A stretch of 63,606 nt of DNA from Verrucomicrobiota bacterium. Lineage in GTDB: Bacteria > Verrucomicrobiota > Verrucomicrobiia > Limisphaerales > UBA1100. This document shows positions 25,129 to 35,228 of this stretch, piece by piece (within the stretch, counting starts at the first letter, position 1; every line of letters begins with the position of its first letter). The notes under the pieces were generated by a model. The model saw only the letters and a program-made list of their open reading frames with translations, made no database searches and was not told where the DNA came from. The position numbers and the translations under genes are program-made. The stretch covers positions 1 through 63,606 of the forward strand of contig JASLKQ010000004.1 of NCBI GenBank assembly GCA_030747505.1, given 5' to 3'.

Positions 25129-26571
25129 TTATCGTTTGAGCGCCATCATTTCCTTGAGGATTTCATCGCTCGTTGAAATTACTCTCGCATTGGCCTGAAA
25201 AGCCCTTTGTACGGTAATCATCCGGGAAAACTCATCAGCCATATCCACATTGGATAATTCCAACGCTCCCGGCGAAATCCGGCCGGTCCCCCCTTCGCCG
25301 GGTGCTTGAGCATTACTCAAGAGCTCTGTGGCACTGGCACTGTTGCTATCGACCCCGTAGGCCCCCGCCGCTGACAGGTTAGCAAACCGGTTGGCTCCCT
25401 GCTTGATCAAGGTTTGCTCATTCTTAAAAGTCTGCAGAAGCACCTGGCCTCGATCATACTGCGTACCATCGGTCAGCAGCATCTTGATCCCACCATCTGC
25501 ACCAAAACTATATTGAGAAATACTGGCACCCCCAACCATGGTCATCGAACCGAGTGTTCCTGAATCTTTATACAGTTTAAAATCACTGGACCCGGTAGTC
25601 GTTAAGTCAATTATATTGGCACCCGGACCAGGGGTATTTGCAAGGGCATCTGTGGAGGTCGTGTGGAAATACACGTCATCTCCATTTACGCTGACATAAT
25701 AGTGAGTACCCGGAGTTAACCCGCCAGGAATCGTCCCATCCTTGACGTAAACACTATCCCCATTAACTAAACCATGGCCGGCAAGGGAAACCTTATCATT
25801 CGACACATCGGTGGTGAAACCGGTTTTGGCAGCAGTAGTGTCATCGGTAAAATTCACCTTGTTCGCGCCAGTTGCTGCTTCTGCGGCTGTATTATGCAGG
25901 GTGAATGTATTGTCAGTTAATTTGTTGATGAAAAATACTGTATCAGTTGAGTTGGTTTCATTTGCTATGGCAGGCAAAATTGAACTGAACTTCACCTGGT
26001 TGCCGGTCACAAACCCATGGGCCGTCTTGGTTAGCTCATTACTGACGTAATCGAGGCTTACCCCCGTGCGATCGGAAGTATATTGCCCTGCATCAAGTCT
26101 TAAATCACCAATTTCCAGTTTTTGAGATTCAGTGAAAGCGGGTGCCAATTTATTTTTCCCCTGTACCCGATAACCATCATTGGTGACAAGGTAACCATTC
26201 TTATCCTCACGAAAATCTCCTGCCCGCGTTGCAAAAAGTTCATTGGTGGTAGGATCTTTAACGAGAAAGAATCCCTTGCCATTGATTGCCAAATCCGTAC
26301 GGACGCCGGTATTTTTCATGGCTCCCTGCGTGAAAGTATTCTTGATGGCCGAAACCTGCATACCGTTACCCACCTGCATGCCGACGGTCCCTGAAGTGGT
26401 GGCTGTATCGGGCGTGGGGGCACGCATAGTTTGAGACAGCGTGTCAGCGAATTCAACGCGGGCGCCCTTGTAGGCCACCGTGTTGATATTAGCCAAATTA
26501 TTACCAATAACATCCAGACTGGTCTGGAACTGGCGCATCCCCATCACTCCTGTATTTAATGCACGAATCAT
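25129..26571 (-). CDS. flgE: Flagellar hook protein FlgE with a two-module insertion
   Basis: The N-terminus is GMRQFQTSLDVIGNNLANINTVAYK and the C-terminus is LELSNVDMADEFSRMITVQRAFQANARVISTSDEIL. Confidence 0.95.
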   Translation of the reverse strand: MIRALNTGVMGMRQFQTSLDVIGNNLANINTVAYKGARVEFADTLSQTMRAPTPDTATTSGTVGMQVGNGMQVSAIKNTFTQGAMKNTGVRTDLAINGKGFFLVKDPTTNELFATRAGDFREDKNGYLVTNDGYRVQGKNKLAPAFTESQKLEIGDLRLDAGQYTSDRTGVSLDYVSNELTKTAHGFVTGNQVKFSSILPAIANETNSTDTVFFINKLTDNTFTLHNTAAEAATGANKVNFTDDTTAAKTGFTTDVSNDKVSLAGHGLVNGDSVYVKDGTIPGGLTPGTHYYVSVNGDDVYFHTTSTDALANTPGPGANIIDLTTTGSSDFKLYKDSGTLGSMTMVGGASISQYSFGADGGIKMLLTDGTQYDRGQVLLQTFKNEQTLIKQGANRFANLSAAGAYGVDSNSASATELLSNAQAPGEGGTGRISPGALELSNVDMADEFSRMITVQRAFQANARVISTSDEILKEMMALKR

Positions 26572-26590
26572 GACTGTTTCTCTTTCTCGT

Positions 26591-27028
26591 TTAGTTTTGC
26601 GGAGTCTCTAAGTTTACCGCGATCACTGAATCCAAGGCGTAGGCCCTGTTGTTCAGAATCAAACTCACGTCACCATCCTTGTTGACTTCGAGGTCCGTCA
26701 CGATTCCTTTCGTAAACACTTCGTTCTCGTTTTCACCGGTGGCCACCTTCACTGTCTTACCTAGAAGGCTGGTGCCCTGTGTGAGGGCATAGCTTTGTCG
26801 AAGCTCTTGAACATCCGAACTCATTTCCTTGGTCTGCTCGAGACTGGTAAACTGGGCCATCTGAGCGATGAACTCCGTGTCACTCACTGGTTTAAGCGGA
26901 TCCTGATTGCGCATCTGCGTCACCAGGAGGTTTAAAAACTCCGTTTGCCCCATAGTTTTTGAGGGCACGCGCCCTAAAGGAGCGGGTGGCGTACTCAACT
27001 GAGATTGGATATCTGTTACTGAAATCAT
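26591..27028 (-). CDS. flgD: Hook capping/assembly protein FlgD
   Basis: It contains the EFLNLLVTQMRNQDPLKP motif and lies upstream of flgE. Confidence 0.9.
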   Translation of the reverse strand: MISVTDIQSQLSTPPAPLGRVPSKTMGQTEFLNLLVTQMRNQDPLKPVSDTEFIAQMAQFTSLEQTKEMSSDVQELRQSYALTQGTSLLGKTVKVATGENENEVFTKGIVTDLEVNKDGDVSLILNNRAYALDSVIAVNLETPQN

Positions 27029-27046
27029 AATTTAAATCTTTCTTTA

Positions 27047-28402
27047 TTATGCCCAACTCTGCCACCCGTCATAGGCTTCCTCCACTTTATCGGTGGATTC
27101 TTCCGTAGTCTTGGCTTTTTCCCGTTCCCGGGTGGTCGCCATACCCAGAGCCTCCCAGTCGGCCTGATCGTCACGAATTTCAAATTCAGAAGGGTCGTAA
27201 GCCTGTTGGTTTTGCTGGTTGAACTGGCGGGCGTTCGAATCATGGGATCGGTTTTCAGAATCATCGGAGAGCAGTTCCCCAAGATTGACACCGCGTTCTG
27301 AAAGCTGTTGCTGAAGCTCGTTCCATCCTGAGGCAAGTTGTCTCCCATCTCCCTGCTGCATGCGGGCTTCAATCTCGACACCTCCTGCCCCATACTTGAT
27401 GGTCAACTGCATCTCCGTATTGCTATCTGGCTGCACTTTAACCACCATTTCGTTTTCACCACGTATACGGAAGGTTGTTACTGCATCCCAAATCTTTTCC
27501 AGCATCGGACTTAACATACTTCCAGTGGTTGCCATCGCCTGATTTGACATGGTTCCGGTAACTGCTGGAGTCGGGTTTTGAACAGGGGCAACCGGCAAGG
27601 TTTGTTCTTTTGCCGACTCTCTGGATAAATCTTGATTGGCCTGCTGATTGCCCGATCTTGGAGCTGTATCTGCCCCTGTAGCGGGACGCAATTCCTCGAC
27701 GAGCACAGGTTTAGGCTCCGACTTCATGGCACTTTGTTTAGCCTGCATCAGCATATTATCATGGCTCGGAGCAACTTGTGTGCCGTCTTTCCCCTGTCCT
27801 TCCCCTAGCAAGGGCTTGAGCAGTGAAGGAGTAACATTGACTTGCTGAACCTGTTGTGACTTGAGGGGACCGTTTTGCTCCCGGACTTGATCTGCCTTGG
27901 CCTGATCAGCCTTCATGGCAGTGTTATGTTCCTTGGTGCGAAAACGTTTTTGAGCGGCCACCAGTTTCTGTTGTTTTTTTAGTTCGGCTTCCGCCTTCAC
28001 AGCTTCTGTATTGGAAGTGTCTTCCTTAACCTTCCCCTGCTTGACCTGCGGCTTAACCGTTTTCTCGTTCACCACTTGCTGGATTTGTCCTGCCTCTAAT
28101 TTAACGATCTTTTTGGCCGACTCCGGCTGGATTTCAATCGCCCGAACCAAACCAGCAGAACCCTCCATCACTTCCATATCCTTCAGTTTCTTGGAAGTCG
28201 ATTTCGTTTCCCTCCCGACCTTATCCTCATCCTCCTCAGTATGATTTGAGGCGTCATGATCTTCAGATTCAAGCTTTTGTGAGGCATCCTCGAAAACCTT
28301 GCCGAACTGCTCGCCATCTTCCTGACCGCGTGCAGTAGAAACCATGCCAAGTACCGCGTCCTGCGTCGTGGCGGGCTTACTCGATTGTAGTGTTGTTTCC
28401 AT
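27047..28402 (-). CDS. fliK: Hook-length control protein FliK
   Basis: The N-terminal part is long, polar and Gln/Lys-rich. A C-terminal Flg_hook-type domain (VVKVQPDSNTEMQLTIKYGAGGVEIEARMQ) is present. The gene lies between the ylxF-position gene and flgD. Confidence 0.8.
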   Translation of the reverse strand: METTLQSSKPATTQDAVLGMVSTARGQEDGEQFGKVFEDASQKLESEDHDASNHTEEDEDKVGRETKSTSKKLKDMEVMEGSAGLVRAIEIQPESAKKIVKLEAGQIQQVVNEKTVKPQVKQGKVKEDTSNTEAVKAEAELKKQQKLVAAQKRFRTKEHNTAMKADQAKADQVREQNGPLKSQQVQQVNVTPSLLKPLLGEGQGKDGTQVAPSHDNMLMQAKQSAMKSEPKPVLVEELRPATGADTAPRSGNQQANQDLSRESAKEQTLPVAPVQNPTPAVTGTMSNQAMATTGSMLSPMLEKIWDAVTTFRIRGENEMVVKVQPDSNTEMQLTIKYGAGGVEIEARMQQGDGRQLASGWNELQQQLSERGVNLGELLSDDSENRSHDSNARQFNQQNQQAYDPSEFEIRDDQADWEALGMATTREREKAKTTEESTDKVEEAYDGWQSWA

Positions 28403-29218
28403 CTATGGAGTTTCGTTTTCTTCGGATTTAATCGCATCCGCGGTCATCGTTTTCCGGTGATTTTGGATGAGATTATTGTAGAGTTCCGCGTCCGCATCCT
28501 CACCAGAAAGCAGAGTGCGAATGATCACCGCCTGGTTCGTGACGGAAATATATTTAAATACTTTTGCGTTGAGCTCCGGGTCCTGAACAAGGTTAGCCTT
28601 CAAGATCTGCCGAACGACCTCTGGCCCGTCAGGCTGGGTTGGAGCCAACAAATTTTCATAGATCTTTGCCATTTCCTGTAGCCGAGCCAACTCCTCCTTG
28701 CGAATCAAATTGATGCGGCCTTCAAAGTGGCGGTTTAATTCATCACGAGTGCGTGTGATATGGTTGGTGTGCCAGTGCATCGACTGCAATTGCTCAGCCA
28801 AATGTGCCTCAAGCTCATTTAACTCCGCTTCCCGTTTATTGATGTAGCTCCATCGATTACCCAATTCAGACATCAACACCGGCAGTTTTGGATTGGTGAA
28901 CTGCAAATCCCCCGGGGCGGTGTTGGAATTTAACACAGCAAACGCATTGACGATCGTTTCGTCCTGTTCGGTTTTTTTCTCCTGATAGACCTGCTTTTCC
29001 TCGGTCTCAGCCACATGCTCCAAGTCATCAGGAACATCAACTACCGTTGCGTTAGCATCAGCCGCTGCCTGAGCCTTCTTTTTGGCTATATACTCCAGAA
29101 TACTCTCATTTTTCAGGATTATATTCGAAGCGAAGTAGGTTAACCCCGCCAAGCAGGCAAATACGACCAGCGTACTCAAGAGTACTTGTCCCATTCTTGA
29201 TGACAGTATTTTCTTCAT
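28403..29218 (-). CDS. Flagellar operon protein in the YlxF position, with an N-terminal TM segment, a coiled coil and a MotE/MgtE_N-like C-terminus
   Basis: The TM segment is LLSTLVVFACLAGLTYFA. The gene lies between fliJ and fliK, as ylxF does in Bacillus fla operons. The functional assignment rests on position only. Confidence 0.45.
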   Translation of the reverse strand: MKKILSSRMGQVLLSTLVVFACLAGLTYFASNIILKNESILEYIAKKKAQAAADANATVVDVPDDLEHVAETEEKQVYQEKKTEQDETIVNAFAVLNSNTAPGDLQFTNPKLPVLMSELGNRWSYINKREAELNELEAHLAEQLQSMHWHTNHITRTRDELNRHFEGRINLIRKEELARLQEMAKIYENLLAPTQPDGPEVVRQILKANLVQDPELNAKVFKYISVTNQAVIIRTLLSGEDADAELYNNLIQNHRKTMTADAIKSEENETP

Positions 29219-29676
29219 TATTTCAATTTCTTGGCAAACCCGCCTGCCTCACGCAACAAAACCATCTCATCTATCGCTTTTTGCTCAATCTGTGCCCTTC
29301 CTTGTTCAAATTCACTTTGTTGTTTGTCGCGCATTTTCTCCAGTGCCTCTCGACGTTGGCGTGCGGCTAACAGTTCCTTCCATTTGACATCCACAAATAC
29401 CTGGCGCTCTGCTACTATCGGCTCCAGTTCCCCGAGTTGACCCCGTAATTCCCGTAAAGCAGTCTGCAGATGAGCCAACGTCCCCGATGACACCTGCCCG
29501 TCAAAGGCCTGTTGACAGGCCATTAAATTGCTTTCTATCGCCTCTTCCATTGCCCATTTTTGTTTTTGCGCCTCCTCTAGGAACTTTTTTGCTTTCGAAT
29601 GCACTTCGCCGGCACGGGCTTCTTCATTCACCCGAACTTCCAGTACCGTTTTTAATTTAAATTCAAATGGCTTCAT
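29218..29676 (-). CDS. fliJ: Flagellar export chaperone/stalk protein FliJ
   Basis: It is a 152-aa coiled-coil protein directly after fliI, with a 4-nt overlap. Confidence 0.8.
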   Translation of the reverse strand: MKPFEFKLKTVLEVRVNEEARAGEVHSKAKKFLEEAQKQKWAMEEAIESNLMACQQAFDGQVSSGTLAHLQTALRELRGQLGELEPIVAERQVFVDVKWKELLAARQRREALEKMRDKQQSEFEQGRAQIEQKAIDEMVLLREAGGFAKKLK

Positions 29677-31139
29677 GACATCTGACTAGCCTGTGCGGCA
29701 GGTGGGCCATTCACTCCCCCCGGCTGATGCAGAGCATCCGGCGTGCCGAAATTAGGCTGAGGTGGAGATTGTGGCTCATTTTGATCCGAATCGGCCGTTT
29801 TTAGGGTTTCATTCAATTCTTTCCAACTGCGTTCCAGAGAACACCCTTTCGCCATATTTTGCTTCAGAAAATCGTTCAAAGAATCGTGCAAAGCAATGGA
29901 ACGGTCGATTTGTGGGTTGGAACCGGCCTGGTAAGCACCGATGGATATCAGATCCCGGCTCTTGCGATATATTGCCAACATCTCACGCGCGTCTCCCATG
30001 GATTCGCGCTGCTCAGCAGCCAATAAATCATGCGACAGCCGGCTCACGCTCTCGAGTACGTCTATTGCCGGATAATGATTTTGTGAGGCAAGCTCACGGG
30101 AGAGAACCAAATGTCCATCCAAAATCGATCGCGCCGCATCAGCTACCGGATCATTGATATCATCCCCTTCCACCAATACGTTAAAGAGACCCGTAATGGA
30201 CCCGTGTTCGTTGTTGCCGGCTCGCTCAAGTAATTGCGGCAGAAGCGAGAAAACAGATGGAGTATAACCGCGGGCACTGGGAGGCTCCCCGATAGCCAAA
30301 CCAATTTCGCGTTGGGCCATGGCAAAGCGGGTAACCGAGTCCATCATCAGCAGGACATTTTTTCCCTGTGATCGAAAATACTCGGAGATTGTCATCGCGA
30401 GAAATGTTCCCTTAACCCGAGCCAAAGCAGGCTCGTTGGAGGTGGCCACCACAATCACCGATTTCTTCCGCCCTGCCTCGTCCAAGTCTCGCTCGATAAA
30501 ATCACGCACCTCTCGTCCTCGTTCACCAATCAATGCTATCACGTTGACATCCGCCTCAGCCTGACTGGCCATCATTCCCATCAGGGTCGATTTACCCACA
30601 CCACTGCCGGCAAAAATACCCATACGCTGGCCTCGTCCCAAGGGGGTGAAAGTATCAATTGCCCTGACTCCCGTTGCAAAAGGCTTGGTAATCCGCTCAC
30701 GACGAAGAGGATGCGGTGAAGTTAAATTAAGTTCCGCAATCGAATGTTGAGCAATAGCCCCTCGATCATCCAGCGGTTGACCCAATCCATTCACAACCCT
30801 TCCTAAAAGTTCGTCCCCCACAGGCACTCGCAACGAATGTCCGGTAGCGACCACCTCACTTCCCGGACAAATCCCCTGAACTTCACCAAGGGGCATCAGA
30901 AGTAGTTTGCGATCGCGAAAACCAACCACCTCCGCCTCCGTTGCCTGACCAGTCACCTGTGATTGAATGCGGCAAATTTCCCCCACCGAAGCCATCGGTC
31001 CTTGGGACTCGATAACCAGGCCAATCATCTGCGTCACCCGGCCTCGATTCTGCACGAGCCGCGTGTTTGACAAGCGCGAACGCACCTTGGCCAGTCCGGT
31101 GGCAGCACTCCGCGGTTCGGTCTGTTCCTCAGCAATCAT
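29673..31139 (-). CDS. fliI: Flagellum-specific ATPase FliI
   Basis: Walker A is GSGVGKST and Walker B is VLLMMDSVTR. It carries an unusual Pro/Gln-rich C-terminal tail of roughly 40 aa. Confidence 0.95.
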   Translation of the reverse strand: MIAEEQTEPRSAATGLAKVRSRLSNTRLVQNRGRVTQMIGLVIESQGPMASVGEICRIQSQVTGQATEAEVVGFRDRKLLLMPLGEVQGICPGSEVVATGHSLRVPVGDELLGRVVNGLGQPLDDRGAIAQHSIAELNLTSPHPLRRERITKPFATGVRAIDTFTPLGRGQRMGIFAGSGVGKSTLMGMMASQAEADVNVIALIGERGREVRDFIERDLDEAGRKKSVIVVATSNEPALARVKGTFLAMTISEYFRSQGKNVLLMMDSVTRFAMAQREIGLAIGEPPSARGYTPSVFSLLPQLLERAGNNEHGSITGLFNVLVEGDDINDPVADAARSILDGHLVLSRELASQNHYPAIDVLESVSRLSHDLLAAEQRESMGDAREMLAIYRKSRDLISIGAYQAGSNPQIDRSIALHDSLNDFLKQNMAKGCSLERSWKELNETLKTADSDQNEPQSPPQPNFGTPDALHQPGGVNGPPAAQASQMS

Positions 31140-31828
31140 GAATCAACCGCTTCGCGCAACAACTGCTCCCGCGTTTCCCTTCGACCATCGATGAGGCCAC
31201 AATTGGTTTCCACCAAGCAGCCGCCACGTGAAATCTCTTCATCTTTCATATAGCGCACCCGGCGTTGGTGCGGGGAATCAGCAAGCAAATCCGAACCGGT
31301 ATCTTTTAAAAGCTTCAGGTCTTCCGGATTCAAATACACTGCCACCTCGGTATCGTTTTCACAATGACTCAGGGCATCCTGAATAGCCACCTCCACAATC
31401 TTGGTACTGATAGGCAATCCATTCACCAGGCGAATTGCCGCCTCGGTTGCAAACTCCACAAGCTCACCTTCCATGTCATCAAGTCGCTGGCTCAATTCGC
31501 CGCTGACTTGAGATTCTATCTTGTCCAGTATCTCGGGCAGTTCGGTCGAATTCTTCTGCTCAAGCTCGTCCTTTAATGCCTTGATTTGCGCCTCATATTC
31601 CGCCACGACTTCCTCACGACCACGTTCATACCCTTGACGCTCCCGTTCATTAAGCACCTCATCTTCAGTCTCGCTCACGGAGTCAGTAAATGGACCGACT
31701 CCGTCCTCATTCTCATGTGGCAAAGACTCAGTATTAGAATCCTGAAGGTGCACTTCAGCAGGCCCGATGGAAAGACGAACATCCCGCAGAGGGGCATCAG
31801 TCACAATATTATCGATCACATTTACCAT
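31136..31828 (-). CDS. fliH: Flagellar export protein FliH
   Basis: It has an acidic coiled-coil middle region and a FliH-type C-terminus, and lies between fliG and fliI. I trimmed the start to the ATG at 31828, just after the fliG stop. The longer track ORF overlaps fliG. Confidence 0.8.
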   Translation of the reverse strand: MVNVIDNIVTDAPLRDVRLSIGPAEVHLQDSNTESLPHENEDGVGPFTDSVSETEDEVLNERERQGYERGREEVVAEYEAQIKALKDELEQKNSTELPEILDKIESQVSGELSQRLDDMEGELVEFATEAAIRLVNGLPISTKIVEVAIQDALSHCENDTEVAVYLNPEDLKLLKDTGSDLLADSPHQRRVRYMKDEEISRGGCLVETNCGLIDGRRETREQLLREAVDS

Positions 31829-31829
31829 A

Positions 31830-32843
31830 CTAATCACTTTCCAGCGAAATCTCCCCCTCAGTCTCCAGCTGACGCACAACATCGATAATGCTATTTTGGG
31901 CGGACTCAATAGCACGCATTGAAAGATTATCCGGCAACCCTTCAATTTCTTCGTTAACATTCTCAGCCGCACGCTTGGAAAGAGCTCCCAACATGGCATC
32001 ACGCAATGTGGTCGTGGCGGCCTTAAGAGCAATTGCCAACTGACCAGCATCCACTTCGCGCATAATCTTCTGCATTGTTTTCACATCGAGCGTTTGCAGG
32101 TCATCAAAGGTGAACATCTTCATACGGATCGAGCGCACCAGATCAGGCTGCCGTTCGTCAATATTGTCCAAAAGCTTCTTGCGCTCTTCCTTGTTCATGG
32201 CATTGAGTACCGCAGCAGCAGATTTCTCCCCGCCGGTCTGGTTAAGTGCCCGACTCACTTTCTCACCCACCTTGGCCGAAAGCACCTCCCCCAGTGTCTC
32301 CACCACTTCAATCGGTGTTGACTCCAGCGTAGCAAGCTTCTCCACCACGATCTCCCTTTGCCGTTCCGGTAATGTCATCAAGACCTCCGATCCCTTGGCT
32401 GAGGAAAGATAACTGAGTACCAAGGCAATGGTTTGCGCATCCTCCTCCTTAATCAGGTTACTGATGGAAGTAGCATCAAGATCAATGATCTGCTGCATGG
32501 TTGCCACACTGGTACGGGCGGTCCCTACACGGCCAATAATCTCAGCCGCCTTGAAAAGCCCAACCGATTTTTCCAAAACCGCCCGTGTAAAATCCACCGA
32601 CCCACTGATACCACTGCGGGCTTCGACGGCCATCTCAGTAAATTCCTGCAAAACGGCACCCTGCTGGTTGCTGTCCAATAGCGGCAGGTTGGCCATCTCG
32701 GCGCAAACGAGCTCGCGCTCGTTATCGTCAAAATTCTTGAGAATCTCCGCTGCTGCATCCTCTCCCATCACAACCAAAAAAGCCGCGAGTTTTTGTGAAG
32801 CGTTGAGTCTCAGTAGTGTGGGATTTTCTGTGGCAGCAGCCAT
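31830..32843 (-). CDS. fliG: Flagellar motor switch protein FliG
   Basis: It has three-domain FliG similarity and contains the MFTFDDL motif. Confidence 0.95.
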   Translation of the reverse strand: MAAATENPTLLRLNASQKLAAFLVVMGEDAAAEILKNFDDNERELVCAEMANLPLLDSNQQGAVLQEFTEMAVEARSGISGSVDFTRAVLEKSVGLFKAAEIIGRVGTARTSVATMQQIIDLDATSISNLIKEEDAQTIALVLSYLSSAKGSEVLMTLPERQREIVVEKLATLESTPIEVVETLGEVLSAKVGEKVSRALNQTGGEKSAAAVLNAMNKEERKKLLDNIDERQPDLVRSIRMKMFTFDDLQTLDVKTMQKIMREVDAGQLAIALKAATTTLRDAMLGALSKRAAENVNEEIEGLPDNLSMRAIESAQNSIIDVVRQLETEGEISLESD

Positions 32844-32871
32844 AACTTATATCTCTCCTGAATAAATTAGT

Positions 32872-34779
32872 TTAGTCCTCGGTTTCGCCTTTAAGCCAAC
32901 GGCGGGCGGCAACGGCCATGGTTTCGGGGCTTTCGGTGATCATGTCGCGGAGCACCTCAATATTCACGCGTTCAGGCTGATTGGCTGTCAAACCGAAGTC
33001 CATAATCAGCTTCTGTTTTTCCTGCTCAATCACCTCAACATCATCCTCAGTAGCAGCGAGGAGTTTAATGCGGTCGCGCTCCTCATCCCGGGCCGCCATC
33101 AGTTGTGAAATGGCAGCAGGCGCAAGCTTGATCTTGCCTTCACGAGCCTCACCGATTGTCTTTTCAATATCCTCCAAAGTCATATTGTCGGTGTTAATTT
33201 CCACGGGTCCGGCCGATCCTTCAATGGTAATTGGTTTGGCAGCACCTCCTCCGCCGGCATCTCCTCCGGCAGCATCTCCTCCGGGAGCCATACCAGCCGG
33301 TGCACTAAAGGCACCCCCTCCGGGAGCAGCCAACATGGCTCCTCCTCCTCCAAGCAGTTGCCCAACGGGAACCCCTGTTTGAATCACATCATCTCCACTG
33401 CGTTTAACCAGTTTGACAAAGGCGAATAAGGCGCCGGCTCCCAATAGAACATAGAGAAGGTTCTTCAGAACATCCCCAATCATGTCCTTTGTGGCAGCTG
33501 AACTCATCTGGGCCTGAGCCGCCTGTAGGTAAGCACGATTAAATGTCATTTCGGCGACGACAATATCATCCTGGCGAACCGCGCCGCCTTGAGCATGCAT
33601 TCCAATTGCGTTCTTAACGATGTTGGTTAACTGCTCCATCCCAGCCTGATCGCGGGGATCTGTGCCCTGATTCACCAAAACTGAAGCAGTAAGTCGACGA
33701 ATCTCACCCGCCGCCTTAACAACGTTGGTGGTCGAGTGGCTATTATCAAAGGAAATTGTACTCTCAGTTTTATTCTGTTCGTTATTAGCAAGGGCATCAC
33801 GGGTTGCATTGGTACTGGTATTCGCATTGATCGGAGTCCCAACAATGCCTCCCGGGGAAGGTTTGGTAGTGCCGGTAATCTCAGTCTTTTCCATCACGTT
33901 ATTGGTAACAGACCCAGCAGGATCATAAATTTCAGACGTATGGGTAACTTGATCATGATCCAGCTCCGCACTCACCGTAACCCGGACCTGATCTGGGCCA
34001 AGCACGCCGGTTAGAATATTTTCCACTTTGCCGGCCAGATAGAGCTCCAAATTACGCCGAGCAGTCAGCCGGTTATTTGCCATGGCACCAAACGAGCCAC
34101 CTTCTTCATTAGCTGAGAGGGTATTGCCGAAATTATCCACCACTGAAACGTGATTATGCTGCAATCCCGGCACAGAATTGGCCACGAGGAATCGGATCGA
34201 GTTAACAGCCTGTGTGTCAATCATCCCTTCCTGTTTCAGGTTTACCATCACTGAAGCGGTCGGCTTCTTATTGTCATCTATGATCAATCGCGTTTCCGGC
34301 ATGACCACCATCACTCGAGCACTATCCACACCGGAAATCATCGCGATACTGCGACCCAGTTCCCCCTCAATCGCACGCTTCTTGTTCACTTGTTGCACAA
34401 AGTCCGACATGCTAATCGTGCTTTTCTCATCGAATAATTCATATCCCTTGCCATCACCAGAAGATTTTGGAAGACCTTGGCGTGCAAGTGTCATCCGTAA
34501 ACTGTGGACTTTATCTCGGGGAACTTTGACACTGGTACCTCCTGCCCCTGCCTCATATTCAATGCTCTGTTCTTCAAGAACCGCCACTACATCTCCGGCA
34601 TCCTTGGGATCAAGCCCTCCGTAGAGCAGTACAAAATCGGTGCGACTGGTAAAAAATACCACCACCGCTAGAGTCGCAGCAACCAGAAGTCCAGAGGCCC
34701 CTACGGTCAATTTCTGATTCACGCCCAATTGTGACCAGATGGTCAGTAGTTGTGCTCCTAATATTCTAAGTTGTTCCAT
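32872..34779 (-). CDS. fliF: MS-ring protein FliF
   Basis: It has YscJ/FliF-family similarity, two TM segments and a Gly/Ala-rich linker before the C-terminal FliG-binding region. Confidence 0.95.
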   Translation of the reverse strand: MEQLRILGAQLLTIWSQLGVNQKLTVGASGLLVAATLAVVVFFTSRTDFVLLYGGLDPKDAGDVVAVLEEQSIEYEAGAGGTSVKVPRDKVHSLRMTLARQGLPKSSGDGKGYELFDEKSTISMSDFVQQVNKKRAIEGELGRSIAMISGVDSARVMVVMPETRLIIDDNKKPTASVMVNLKQEGMIDTQAVNSIRFLVANSVPGLQHNHVSVVDNFGNTLSANEEGGSFGAMANNRLTARRNLELYLAGKVENILTGVLGPDQVRVTVSAELDHDQVTHTSEIYDPAGSVTNNVMEKTEITGTTKPSPGGIVGTPINANTSTNATRDALANNEQNKTESTISFDNSHSTTNVVKAAGEIRRLTASVLVNQGTDPRDQAGMEQLTNIVKNAIGMHAQGGAVRQDDIVVAEMTFNRAYLQAAQAQMSSAATKDMIGDVLKNLLYVLLGAGALFAFVKLVKRSGDDVIQTGVPVGQLLGGGGAMLAAPGGGAFSAPAGMAPGGDAAGGDAGGGGAAKPITIEGSAGPVEINTDNMTLEDIEKTIGEAREGKIKLAPAAISQLMAARDEERDRIKLLAATEDDVEVIEQEKQKLIMDFGLTANQPERVNIEVLRDMITESPETMAVAARRWLKGETED

Positions 34780-34815
34780 TGTTCGATCCGTCGATTTGGG
34801 GTTAGTTTAAGCGTG

Positions 34816-35196
34816 TTAAATTTGCATGCGCATCAATTCTTGATACCCTTCCAATAATTTGTTGCGCACCTCCACCATTAACTGGAAAGCCACACCGGCC
34901 TCCTGCATGGCGATCATAGCCTGGTGTAAGGGAACATCCTTGCCTGAGAGCAGGTCATTGGCCGCCTGCGTGGATGCAAGTTGCTTCTCATTCACCTCGC
35001 CTACAAATTGATTAAACAGGTCACCAAAGCCTGAACCCTTTACCGCACCGGCTCCTGATACCGATTGAGCAGTCTCCACGGGCCCAGCCTTGGAAGCTTG
35101 CTGAATTTCCCGGGCCTGATCCACCATGGCGCGCTGCTGACGGTACATTTCCGTCAGCCCTTGCGTTGCCATAGGATTCATTTGGACCGGAACCAT
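34816..35196 (-). CDS. fliE: Flagellar hook-basal body protein FliE
   Basis: The C-terminus is LHQAMIAMQEAGVAFQLMVEVRNKLLEGYQELMRMQI. The gene lies between flgC and fliF. Confidence 0.9.
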   Translation of the reverse strand: MVPVQMNPMATQGLTEMYRQQRAMVDQAREIQQASKAGPVETAQSVSGAGAVKGSGFGDLFNQFVGEVNEKQLASTQAANDLLSGKDVPLHQAMIAMQEAGVAFQLMVEVRNKLLEGYQELMRMQI

Positions 35197-35228
35197 AGTA
35201 ATCTACTCTTTCTAGTGTTCTATATTAA

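Noticed and set aside
31829-32050. The 5-prime extension of the fliH ORF that overlaps the 3-prime end of fliG by about 220 nt.
   Set aside because: The extension translates to an implausible Cys/Trp/Arg-rich peptide. An ATG at 31828 lies immediately after the fliG stop and gives a normal-sized FliH.
33236-33360. A GC-rich, Gly/Ala-rich low-complexity stretch in fliF (GGGGAMLAAPGGGAFSAPAGMAPGGDAAGGDAGGGGAA), with short direct DNA repeats.
   Set aside because: It is a disordered linker between the second TM segment and the FliG-binding C-terminus. It explains the antisense ORFs in that area, and I see nothing beyond compositional bias.
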